A DNA stretch of 64,000 nt from Vermamoeba vermiformis (Eukaryota): contig JBEWZL010000064.1 of assembly GCA_045837725.1 (NCBI GenBank), positions 248,001 to 312,000 of the forward strand, in the 5' to 3' direction. Every line of letters begins with the position of its first letter. Within the stretch, counting starts at the first letter, position 1. Made by a program: the position numbers and the translations under genes. The notes beneath the pieces were generated by a model. It ran no database searches. It saw only the letters and a program-made list of their open reading frames with translations, and had not been told where the DNA came from. Below, one piece after another: positions 1 through 11,863 of this stretch.

Positions 1-822
1 CGTTAGGCAAATCAACACCTTCTTTAGAGACGATAACACCGCTAATACGACCCATAGCACTTTGCGTGTAAGACTCGAACTTGGTCTCTACATCCAATAT
101 TCGGTTAATTTAAATCGAAATATGATTCAACTCCTTACCATCCATGACCTCTATATTCTTAGTGTTTAACACGCGATCTCGCAGCAAATTTTCGAGCAAA
201 AAGCGTTGGATTTGTTTGACGGTAATTGAGGTGCCTTTTTGCAATACCAGTAACTTGTTGCCTTCGCTATGCCAAAACAAATCACTGCCATAATCAATCG
301 AAAACACATCCTTGTTTTTTTCGGGCGATAGTTGCTCCTCTGTAAGTAAAAATCAGATTTTAAACTTCAGATGCAAAGTTAATAAATAAATACTTACCAA
401 TGCCAGGGAACAATCTAGTGATTATATCGCAGCCCCGAGTGAGGAGAATATGAACAAAGTTGCCATGAGTTGCAACGCTGGCCGAGGAGTTGCGCATCTG
501 CTTTCTTTCCACAAGGATGACTTTTTGGGCGTGGTTTGACAAGCATTTGGCAGTTAAAAGACCTGATTATCTATTAGATACATACATGGTTTAGTATTTA
601 ATAATTACCCGAGATGCTGCCGCCCAAAACGACTGCTGTATTTAAAGGTTTGGTTGGATTAACCGAACCAAGCTTGCTTTCGGATAAATTGTCGTGCTCA
701 AAATGCTATACAAATAATTTAAGTATATTTCTTGACACTGGCTGGCCATTACTTACGCGGATCAGCTTTCTAAAAGCAACAACGACAACGAGCAATAATA
801 ACAGAAGAAAGAAACCGATCAT
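1..822 (-). CDS. FAD-dependent monooxygenase/epoxidase-like protein with N-terminal membrane anchor (3' part outside window)
   Basis: Spliced reading: MIGFFLLLLLLLVVVVAFRK...TAVVLGGSISGLLTAKCLSNHAQKVILVER (Rossmann FAD motif)...HGNFVHILLTRG...IQRFLLENLLR; GT-AG introns. Confidence 0.7.
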
Positions 823-1205
823 AATGCGTGGTGTTACTGCTATGTTTCAGAAAATATAAATGGTGGTTTGGGGTTTGGGTTTTTGGCGTGGGCTGGTCTA
901 ATTTTAGACCGGACTTGAATTCGGGTTTATTAAGTCCAGGAAAGGTATTTGGAGCTACGGATGGCCATGTCTTGGTATGATCAGCACTAAAACAATTGAA
1001 ACGCGCCTTAAAAAATAAAATATATTTACTTAGTGAAGTTTTTTTTTCCTAAAACCTTTTATTAAATTTTTCTCGACGCGTGCACCCGGCACGCTACATC
1101 TCACTGTGAAGGCACACGCACCTAGTTCACGCAATGCAGGGTAGGAAGAAGCTCGAATGATTTTTTCGCAGTGACCTCCAGGCCCCGGACTCACTTATAC
1201 CATCA

Positions 1206-1682
1206 CTAAGTTGTTGTTTTTGTAAGCCCTGCCAATATAGGGTTTCTAAGAAGAATTGATTCTTCGGCATCTGGAAGTGGCATCTGTGGGTGTGTAATTA
1301 GGATATTGAGGGTTTTGATCATCCCTAACATGTCGTTCATATTGTTATTATTCATTTTCATTAAAACTAACTTACGTTTCGCTTTTTCATGCTGGATCTG
1401 CTCTTCGGTACTCAAGATCAGATCCACAAAAGCTTCCATGTCAATTTTATATTGTGTTAAACCCGTACTGTGCATTATGTGATACAGAGCTTCAAACGCT
1501 GCCTCAGTAAGCTTTCTATTCGTAACGAAGTCTCGAGCGGATGCAGGATCATTATTTTCCTTGATAGCTTTAATTGCATGATATCCGCCGTCACGATGCA
1601 ATGTATATGCCTCTTTCTCCAACCACAGCTCCGAGCGTTTTTGTGGAGTAGAGGACCGAGATGATGAGATATGAATCTTCAT
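1206..1682 (-). CDS. Hypothetical 158-aa ORF, possibly part of a decayed gene
   Basis: ATG-started ORF with no recognised motif; neighbouring 1700-2250 has broken ORF fragments. Confidence 0.3.
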   Translation of the reverse strand: MKIHISSSRSSTPQKRSELWLEKEAYTLHRDGGYHAIKAIKENNDPASARDFVTNRKLTEAAFEALYHIMHSTGLTQYKIDMEAFVDLILSTEEQIQHEKAKRKLVLMKMNNNNMNDMLGMIKTLNILITHPQMPLPDAEESILLRNPILAGLTKTTT

Positions 1683-2383
1683 TGTTTTTCGTTAATCCAA
1701 ATCGTCTCCTTCCCTATGAATATATTTCCTGATCCAATAAAATAATTTTAATTTGTATTCGAAATCCGGCAATACCGATGTTATTTAACTGCCTTGGGCT
1801 TGGTTAATAAATTGATATTATCAGCTCGACTAATTCAGGAATTGAAAAATTTGACTTCGATGTTGTTGCTTCTTGGCTGGCCTATCGTTACTATCGTATT
1901 CAATCTTTCGTTTATTTGGACTTGCTTGCATATTTAGGCGTTGCTGTGGTTGTTGTTCGTGTCTGAAAGCTAAATAACAAATGTAAGATTTGAAGTGGAG
2001 TCTACCCTTGAACCAGAACAAGTAGAGGAGGGCTTGACAGACCGAGTAAACCAGCTACGCACTGCACACAATAGATCTCGGCTTTGTCGACGATGGTCTC
2101 AAGCCTTTCCGACAGCAGAGCGCTCGAATAAGAGATCAAGTACAAAGTCGCCATTCTGCTGTATGGATCGAAAATGCGGCGTACGAACGGGTGAAACGTC
2201 TTGTATAAACTGAGGCCTACAACTAAGCACTCTTTAAACTTCAATGTGTCAGTCACAATCGGATTCTATGTACTAGATATCATCGTGGCCAAGCAACCAA
2301 AAGGATAAACGGATAAACGGATTAATATTAATTGAGTATTTACATTCACGTTACCAATATATCGACAATCATATTGAGCAACT

Positions 2384-2623
2384 CTATTGTCTCTTCGATT
2401 TGACGTTGCCTTTTTCATCCAAATCTGAAAAGTCGTCTTGTTTGACTCGAGAAATAGCCAATCCAAATATGCCAAAGACAGCTGCGCCTAGTATGGCTAA
2501 TGATATCATATTGCGCGATCTTCTTTGCGCGGTCAAACGCGTTGTAATGGAGTCTTTGAGTTTAGGCGGAGTTTGTTGCGAATAAGATCGCGTGATAATT
2601 GTTGGAAAAAATCCTCTGTTCAT
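2384..2623 (-). CDS. COA3: Cytochrome c oxidase assembly factor 3
   Basis: 79 aa; basic RRSRN, one TM helix, then VKQDDFSD, the Coa3 signature. Confidence 0.8.
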   Translation of the reverse strand: MNRGFFPTIITRSYSQQTPPKLKDSITTRLTAQRRSRNMISLAILGAAVFGIFGLAISRVKQDDFSDLDEKGNVKSKRQ

Positions 2624-2891
2624 TCTTAAATAAGTGCGCGTTAGTCGGTACTCTTAAATGCAATAAATAAATTATACAAAATTATTTTGGGTATTTTCTT
2701 GAATAATTTTCAGATCCAAGCGTGACCTCGAGTGAATTCATTATTATGAGCCTTATTATTAATATTTAAAATACCTTGTTATCTGTTGTGGTGGTCTACA
2801 AGAGGGCTGTGAAGATTTACAAGTTCAGTGCAAAATTGTCTTTTGTCAACACGAACACAGATCGCACGTTGAAACAAGTCTGAACGTGACA

Positions 2892-3325
2892 ATGGCTGCG
2901 TTTTATGATGAGATTGAAATAGAAGACTTTACTTACGACGAGGACAAAGAAATATTTACTTACCCTTGCCCCTGCGGTGATAAATTCCAGATCTCTTTGG
3001 TAAGTGCACCGAATCGCGTTTAAATTATCCGAATATATTGTATAATTAGTTTCTTGTATTTTTACATCGTTATGCTAATATCAAGACTCAATTGAAAATT
3101 AATTCTAATTTTTTTAACAATTACAGGATCAGCTCCGTGCTGGCGAAGAAATTGCTCGATGCCCTAGCTGCTCATTGCTCTTGAGAGCTATTTATGACCC
3201 CGTAAGTATAATATTATTGTTCTCTGAATTCGATAAACTGACACCAGATGTAGAACGATTTTGCGGATTCAGACGAATCGGACGAGGAAGGAGAGCTCTT
3301 GGCACCTGAAATCGTTGTTGCTTAA
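2892..3325 (+). CDS. DPH3: Diphthamide biosynthesis CSL zinc-finger protein (Dph3/Kti11), 3 exons
   Basis: [13 protein letters not shown]...[30 protein letters not shown]. Confidence 0.95.
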
Positions 3326-3605
3326 ATACTATATTATGGAACAACCTCAATTCTTGAATAATACGACGATGTAAATAGCTGATCGGTCATAATATTTGGA
3401 TCTCAACCAAAGTTTTCTATTATCACCCCCGAATAATGTAAAATGTGTAAATAAATCTGCGATACATAATAATTAACAATAATAATAATTTTAAACTCGC
3501 GATCTGATCGTGGATCTTACTTTTGAATTTTGTTCTTATTTTTATGTCCAGTTTGAAAACAACAAATTACAATTGCAGCTCTATACATGTCTTATCAATC
3601 AGCGC

Positions 3606-5971
3606 TTAAGCATTGGTTTGGTTGTCGCTGTCAGGAGCACCAGTGTTCGCGGGTGTCGCAGCTTGGCCAGTGCTCGCGTTGCCAGTCGACTTTTCTTCAG
3701 TCTCCATCTCCTCGCGGGGCCAAGCATCGGGCTTCGAGGGTGTCTCGTCCTCCTCGTCTGAGTCGTACAACTCGCCTTCGTGCTGCTTCTTGTCTGTGTT
3801 GTGGGCTGTGGTACAAAAAGTATGTTAGACACGTGTCAAAAGAATTCAAAAGCAACAGGCTTAGACATATTTTGATATTGACTAAAGGTGCTTTTTTGCG
3901 TTGTTGTTTGGTCTGTGAAGAAAGATAAAAATAACAAAAAAATTCGAGCTGAAAAATTTGGTCTTTTTTTGTGTCTATTTATGGTCTTCGTGTGCAAGCC
4001 AGAAAAAACCACGAACCCAAAATAATCAATCTCCGACGTTTGACGTATCGTCTATGCTAAGATACTTACGATGCAAACGGACGTCAGGGTCAGCCAAGTC
4101 CTCGTCATCATCGTCAAATTGAGTGTCAGGAGGGACTTGTTGCATGGGCACACTGGGTGCGGCTTCAATGTGACGCAAATTATCGATCAATTCGTTACTG
4201 CACAACCATTAGCATTCAGTACATAACACTACCAACGAGTCACTTACAGTTGTTTCATCAAATATTCTTTCGAGTTTAAGTTCTCCATGTTGCTCGGTTC
4301 AATGTGTAATTTGTAGTCAGGGCCGTAGTATTCCAAGTAGTCATTGTACGGCAAGTCTAACACGAACATTAGTAATCAGGTAGTGCGCGATAGTGTTATT
4401 CAAAAGACTTACTGTTGCTCAATTCAGTGTCGAGAATGATGGCAGTCTCGTAGGTCCAGCAGCGCGACACGTTGCGGATAGTGTAGCCACCACCGCCGAG
4501 GACGAGTGTGGGCACGTTGAAGCTCTTCACGAACTCAACGCATTGAGCGTGGCCGTGCAGCGACAAGTTGAAGCAGCCCAAACGATCACCGGCCAATGAA
4601 TCAGCACCGCACTGAAGAACAACTGCGCCAGGCTTGTACCATTCCATAATTTTAGAAATGAGCTGCGAGACAGTATGTTAGTCACGTGGTGTTAAAGATA
4701 TCGGTGTCACGTACGGGTTTGAACACTGATTGATAGCTCTCGTCATCAATACCGTCCTTAAGCGGGAAGTTGATTGAGTAGTATTTGCCCTCACCAGTAC
4801 CAATGTCCTAATGAAGCTTGTTAATAACCATTTAAGGCAATGGCGCGCTTCTCGTACCTTAATGTCACCAGTGCCAGGGAAATATTCACCGAATTTGTGG
4901 AACGAGACAGTCATGACGCGATTGGTCGTGTAGAACGCTTCTTCGACACCGTCACCGTGATGAATGTCGATATCGATGTACAGAATGCGTTGGTGATATC
5001 TGTGCGAAGGGAAGGTAAGTACCAAGATCGAAAACTCGTAGCCCTCGAAGCTTATAACGCTTTCTTCATTAAATGATGAAAATATGAGACTTACTTAAGA
5101 AGTTCCAAAATAGCCAAAACAATGTCGTTGACGTAGCAGAAACCAGATGCCTCAGCCTTCTTGGCGTGATGCAAACCACCAGCCCAGTTGATGGCAATAT
5201 CGGCTTCACCGTGATTCAATTTAACGGCACCAGCTATAATAGTTGTTTAGTTATTGTCTCAAATAAACTAGTCGTTTCGTTGGATCGCGACGGAAAATTT
5301 CTTAATTTTCATTAAAAACAGTACTTACCAACTGAACCACCTGCGGAGATTTGGCAGAATTGGAACATGCCGTCGTATACAGGACAGTCTTCTCCGACGT
5401 TAACTAGAAAATTCAAAAAATATCAGATTCGTCCCTCACCCGCCGACATTTTCTATTTTTGTTTTCTACGGATTATTTCTACTTACATCGTGTGAGTTGC
5501 TTAGAATATTCGTTCATATTGTCAGGAGTTACTGTTCGGAGGAAGTTGACATAGTCATCAGTATGGAACTTTGTCATCTCCTTAGGGGTAGTTCTAGGAG
5601 GTCTCTGTAGGTTCAAAATAATTTTAGTTGTATTTTTATGACATAAAGAGGCTAAAAATAATTTTAGGCGTAATTTGAAAAAGATCTTCGCAAAGAGCTG
5701 ACCGAACGCACGAGGATCAAAAAATGTTTGAAGCGAAAAAACTTACGTAAATTTGCATCTTCTTATAGAGACCGTAATTAAGCAATAAGTTGTGAGTCAT
5801 TCTAATACGGTGAGGTTTCATCGGATGACCAGGGCCATAGTGAAAGTTGCCAACCTCGGCTGTAACGAATATAAAAATGAGATATCGATACCTATGACAT
5901 TATACAACGCTAGGGATCATATTTTGTAAAGACGTACCGTCATAGTAATAACAAACTCTTTTCTTGCTCAT
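3606..5971 (-). CDS. HDAC1: Class I histone deacetylase (HDAC1/Rpd3), multi-exon
   Basis: [71 protein letters not shown]; acidic tail ending at TAA 3606. Confidence 0.96.
3850..4041. repeat. 192-bp direct copy of the MVP 5' region (19814-20005) inside the last HDAC intron
   Basis: 191/192 identical on manual comparison (4023 T vs 19987 A). Confidence 0.95.
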
Positions 5972-6288
5972 CCTCGGTTCTAAAAATAAGATCAGCCAAA
6001 AAATTTGAATAATCCTCAGGAGTGCTTATTTGAAATAACGTACTACTGTGGTGCGCGGTTAATTGAAGATAGCAAAATGAATTTATTTCCAAAACAAAAA
6101 CAAGTGTTTGACCGAACGTTGACCGACTTACATAAATCCAGATCCAGTCCTGCTTCTGGAACATTTTGAGAGCAGTAAAGATGCGGAATGTTCCTAAGCA
6201 TTAATTGGCTCGCAAAAGCGAATACTACAATTTTTTTAAATAAGCGATACTAATTACATTTATTATTAACACGCCGCAATACAATTGC

Positions 6289-7832
6289 TTAGTTGAATCT
6301 ACGGAAGGCAAAATTGAACTATAATAAGGACAATTAGTACCAATACGAGGATCACTTTTCGTTCATGAACCACGTACCCGCAATGCTTTTCCTTCATTCG
6401 CGCTCACAGTCTCCCAAACGCATTCCTCTGCGTTACGTAAGTATTCAGAACGCAAGAATAAGAAGAAAAAGATTTGAGACACGAGATAGAGCAGATGCAC
6501 CAGATCGGCGATACTTCCGACTACGAACACGCAAGCAGGAGCTGAGTAGAACAATTAATCGCTGCACGAGCACCTATTGTCAGGAGTGAATACTTACCGA
6601 ATTCGTATAATTTGCCCCAGAGCGAGGCCGGCAAGTCATTGACAAAGTAGAGAATGGCTGCAATGATCAACAGCACTCTGCTGCGCGTGGTGGGTCCATC
6701 GGCCTTGCAATTGAACACAATCATCACCGCCATCACTAGCACAATAATAATATGTTAGCCAAGTGTGATACTAACACGATGTGCGTAAAGTGTCTAAGGA
6801 ATGACACGAGCTCGATTAAAGGACACATTATTTCCTAATTAGGAAGGTGTACATGCAGTATTATGTCCAAGCATTAACTCACCAGCTAAAGGCACGCGTT
6901 GAGCCACAAAGACGCAAATAAACACGACCCAGAAGATCTGTTCATTCTCTGTGGATGATGTGCTGCAATATGACATTAACATATATTGTACACTATATGA
7001 CCTATGAGTTCCTATTATGACTTACAACATCTCGAGGTACAGTGCGGCCATGTAAATGATGAACAATACGATCAAAAAGCCTTCAATGGATATCAACAAA
7101 TTGCCCCAGGTCTTAGGCTCGTCACGTGGCTGGTTGATCAGCGGCTGTTGCTCGTTGTTGTTGATGTTTATCGTGGCTGTATTATATAATCGTTATTATC
7201 GGACCATTAAATAGTGCCAGATCCGATCGCGTACCTGAATAAGTTCTGTATTTTCTTTGGTGATTTAACGCAAATGATAAACAAAGCACAGTTCCTCCGT
7301 GCAAAATACGGCCAGCTGCATATAAATAAAGAGAGACCTAAGCAATGGTGTCAGTTTTTTTTGTGTTGCTTCATTTCGAAATTACGCTCTTCCGCACCCA
7401 TAAATTCTCTTCAAATATGTATTCCGCTGCTTGTACTAGTGACCTGTGATTCATATTATGAGCGCCAATAATAAGATGAATTCTCCTCTACATACATGCA
7501 AGCTACGATCACATAATACGCGATCCACGCTACATTCGAGATTTTCTCAGCAGAAATTTTTCTATACACTCATTATTAGTATACACGCTATTATTTATCG
7601 TTAATTATACTGACATCATAAATGCAGAATTTTACGAATAATTTTCGAAATTATTTTACCTGTTTTTCGCTACCGTAATACTGTTATATTTTATGCCTGT
7701 AAGTAGTGCAAATATGATGCTGACGAGGGCTAGAGTTAAATAAATAATGACTACACTTGGATATCGCAAAATTTTCGTCAATTCATCATTGCCTTCTGGA
7801 CACGATGGAAAGTTGTCGTGCAGAATCTCCAT
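6289..7832 (-). CDS. Orphan seven-transmembrane (GPCR-like topology) protein, multi-exon
   Basis: Spliced reading MEILHDNFPSCPEG...; seven hydrophobic segments; LSFALNHQRKYR after TM3; FLRSEYLRNAEECVW after TM7. Confidence 0.7.
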
Positions 7833-8168
7833 CGTAGCGACGTCTAATTAGCCAATATTGCGACGTCGTGTGTACCAATACAATATCTTAATGGATGGCT
7901 TAATTGAGCCGGACTTAATTGCCAGAAGAGTTTTTTGGCTCAAATTTTTTGGCCTTTTTTCTTTTAAAACAGTGTGGATTCAACAAAAAGCACTCTTCTT
8001 TTCCCTACAGAGCATTTTTATTTTCCACTATCCAAACTGTCGTCTACAACTCTCGTTGATCAGGACAACCGCTCTTTAAAAAAGAGAAAACTCAACCCTC
8101 AAGACCTTGACAATATTGACACCCACAGCGCAGATAATAATAACCACATTGTTACAAACGACCACACA

Positions 8169-11100
8169 ATGACTGACGTTGAAAAGCCCGAGGATTACTA
8201 TGATCGCTACAGCCGTCAACATTACGTGCTTGGTGAGAAAGCTATGTCAAGGATGAACAAAGCCAACGTCTTTGTTAGTGGCTTGGGAGGTGTTGGAGTT
8301 GAAATTGGTATGTTTGGTTAATTTACAAATTATTTTCGAATTTATCAAATTGACTACGAATTGAGGAAAATTAAAATAAAAATTCAATATTTGTGGATGC
8401 GAGTATCACAAATTAAGGCTTGTATTTTATCCATAATTAATTTATTTTTTTAAATAGCCAAAAACGTTGCTCTTGCTGGCGTGCGCAAATTGACCCTCCA
8501 TGATACGAAGACTTGCACTTTGTTGGATCTTTCTTCTCAATATTACCTCTCTGAAAAGAACATCGGAGAGAACAGGTACTATTAAATACGAATTTTTTCT
8601 AAATATTCTGATAATATTGACTCATTCCCCGAATTCAACAGAGCCAAAGTTTCAGCTGCTCGTGTCTCAGAGCTCAATCCTTACGTTAAAATCGAGGCTT
8701 CAGATGTTGATTTAAATGGCGATATCTCATTCTTGAAGGACTACCACGTAAGTCCCAAACAACAAAAGATTTTGTGCATCCAGATCGTTTACTAACAATT
8801 GCGTGTTGCCAGTGCGTTGTATTGACAGATGCTCCGCTTGCCTTGCAAATTAAAGTCGATGACTTCTGCCACGAGCACAACATTCGTTTCATGTCCGTAG
8901 ACGTGTACGGTGTGTTTGGCTGGGCCTTCACTGACTTCGGCAAGAACTTTGAGATCTTTGATAAGAACGGCGAAGAGACCAAAGAAGTGTTTTTGTCTGA
9001 CATTACACGCGAAGCTGAGGCCACAGTGACCACTCTCGAACATCACATGCACGGTCTCGAAGTCGGTGATGCTGTCAAGCTGACTGAAGTTGAAGGCATG
9101 ACAGATCTCAACTACACTGAGCGCAATCCTGTCGTCTTCAAGGTCACTAAAGGTACGTATTAATGCACGTATTAACGAGTGTATGACGGTACTAATACGA
9201 TGAACTTCAGTTGTCTCGCCGTACAAGTTCACCATCAACATGGACACGACCAACATGCCCGCCTATGTCTCGGGCGGTGTTGCTTCTGAAGTGAAGATGC
9301 CCGTCACTGTTGACTATGTAAGAGCTCTATATGATGTGCATATAATACCCGAACTAACGTGTGCATTAGTTGCCGCTCTCCCAATCACTCGAAAAGCCTG
9401 TCTTCACACCCGCAGACTTTGCCAAGTTCACGCAGCCCAATCAATTGCACATTGCTAACCGTGCCTTGCACAAGTTTGTTGAGACTAAGGGTCACTTGCC
9501 CGAGCCTTGGAACAAGACTGATGCCGAGGAATTAGTCAAGCTTGCTAACCAAATCAACGACTCGACCACTGCTAACGTTGAAAAGCTCGACGAAGATTTG
9601 ATGCGCAAGTTGTCGTTCACTGCTCGTGGCAGCATTATTCCGTTGACTGCTTTTATGGGCGGTTTCTTCGCGCAAGAAGTCATCAAAGCGTTGTCTGGCA
9701 AGTTCACACCGCTCAACCAGTGGTTCTATTTGGACGCTATTGAAGTTCTGCCCGCCACTGATGTTGACACTTCATCGTTCTTGCCTAAGGGCAATCGCTA
9801 CGACGCTCAGAACATCTGCTTGGGCGCTGAATTGTCGAACAAACTCGCCAACAGCAAGCTCTTCATGGTTAGTCACGTGACACTTTTACAACCTACGTAA
9901 CATACTAACCGGCGTTAGATTGGTGCTGGTGCCATTGGCTGTGAAATGTTGAAGAACTACGCGTTGTTGGGTGTCAGTGCTGGCGAACACGGCAAAATCA
10001 CCGTGACTGACAACGACTTGATTGAGAAGAGCAACTTGAACCGTCAATTTTTGTTCAGAGACGGTGACATTCGCGTAAGTGTCGTCATTTTAATTGTTAA
10101 ATAAGTTCACTCCTAATGTCACTTGTAGTCTCCCAAGTCCAGCACTGCCGCTCGTGCTGCGTTGGCCATGAACCCAGCGCTGCACATTGAAGCCAATCTC
10201 GACAAGGTCGGCACAGAGACTGAAGCCAAGTACTCAGACTCGTTCTTCCAAACACTCGACATTGTTGTCAACGCACTTGATAACGTTCAAGCTCGTCTCT
10301 ACGTCGATCAGCGCTGCGTCACCAATCAAAAACCATTGCTCGAGTCAGGTACTATGGGCACCAAGGGCCACGTCCAAGTCATTTTGCCCTACTTGACCGA
10401 GACCTACGCCTCGCAACGTGATCCTCCAGAGAAGGACGTGCCTTTCTGCACGATCAAATCATTCCCCGCACAAATTGAGCACACCATTCAATGGTCTCGC
10501 GACAAGTTCAAGGCACTGTTCATCGACAAGCCGCAAGAAGTTCAAAAGTTCTTCGATGACAAACAATACTACCTTCAAGTACGTAACAGACTAAAATTGG
10601 TTGAATGAGCTGCGGATCTAACTTTAAACAGAATCTCCGAGGTGCCAATGGTCCCAAGATCGGTGCTTTGCGTCACTTGATCTCGGTCATTAAAAACAGA
10701 CCGAAGCACTTTGACGACTGCGTTGCCTTTGCGCGTGTCAAGTTCGAGTCCTACTTCAAGAACGCCATGTTGCAATTGTTGCACGCCTTCCCCTTGGACA
10801 TGACCATGAAGGACGGATGTAAGTACTACAATTGGTCTTTGTTCCGAACCACCAATTGACACGTGTCACTTTCACAGCTAAATTCTGGACCTTGCCCAAG
10901 CGACCTCCCACGCCCTTGGAGTTTGATCCAGCAAACAAGAGTCACTTCGACTTTGTCTACAATACTGCTTTGTTGTACGCAGCGGTCTACAAGATCCCTG
11001 CGTCAACTGATCTCGAGCGCGTCAAAGAAGTGGCACTCAAGACACAAGTGCCCGTCTTCAAGCCCAAGCAAAAGAAGATTGAAACAGACGAGAAGGCACA

Positions 11101-11812
11101 AAAGCCCAAGGAAGATACCGTGGACGAGAACGAGTTTGAACGCCTGGCCAAAGAGATTGAACAGATTGGCCACACCGTCGACAAGATTGACCTCGAGATC
11201 ACCGAGTTCGAGAAGGACGATGACACCAATCACCACGTCGACTTCATCACTGCCGGTGCCAACTTGCGTGCCAGCTGCTACAAGATCAAAGAAGGCGATC
11301 GCTTGGAAGTGAAGCGCATTGCAGGCAAGATCATTCCAGCCATTGCCACGACCACCGCAGCTGTTTCAGGCCTCGTCAGTCTCGAGCTGATCAAAGTCAT
11401 CATGAACCTCAAGCTCGATTTGTACAAGAACGCCTTCATCAACTTGGCCTTGCCCTTCGTGTGTCTCTCCGAACCAGCCCCGTGCGAGAAGATTCCTATC
11501 ACCGGCACTGCCTATTACACCATTTGGGACCGCTGGGAAGTCAACGAAGGTGACATTACTTTGCAAGAATTCTGCGACTACTTCCAAAAGAAGCACAATC
11601 TCAAAGTCACTGGTGTGTTCCAAGACGTCTCGATGATTTATGTAGGATTGATGCCGCTGCACAAGAAACGTCTGCCACAAAAGATGAGCAAGCTGTTGAA
11701 GGGTGGAGAACAATTGGAGTACGCGGATCTGATCGTCGCGTACAGCAAGGAGGACGGCACTGACGTCAACGGACCTTCAGTGCGCTTATATTTGAAGCCC
11801 AAGGCTAAATAA
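8169..11812 (+). CDS. UBA6: Ubiquitin-activating enzyme E1, UBA6-type, multi-exon
   Basis: [25 protein letters not shown] and catalytic [17 protein letters not shown]...WSRDKF match UBA6 rather than UBA1 signatures; C-terminal UFD. Confidence 0.88.
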
Positions 11813-11863
11813 GAACACTGGTCCAAGCCCAAATAAATCAACATTAATCTCTAAATCTGTATT

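Noticed and set aside
1070-1200. GC-richer intergenic stretch as snRNA/SRP/MRP RNA
   Set aside because: No diagnostic conserved motif matched by eye; an Infernal search would be needed.
6880-6965. Apparent in-frame TAG suggesting stop-codon reassignment
   Set aside because: Re-reading shows an open exon (VVFICVFVAQRVPLA); TAA, TAG and TGA all end genes in this window.
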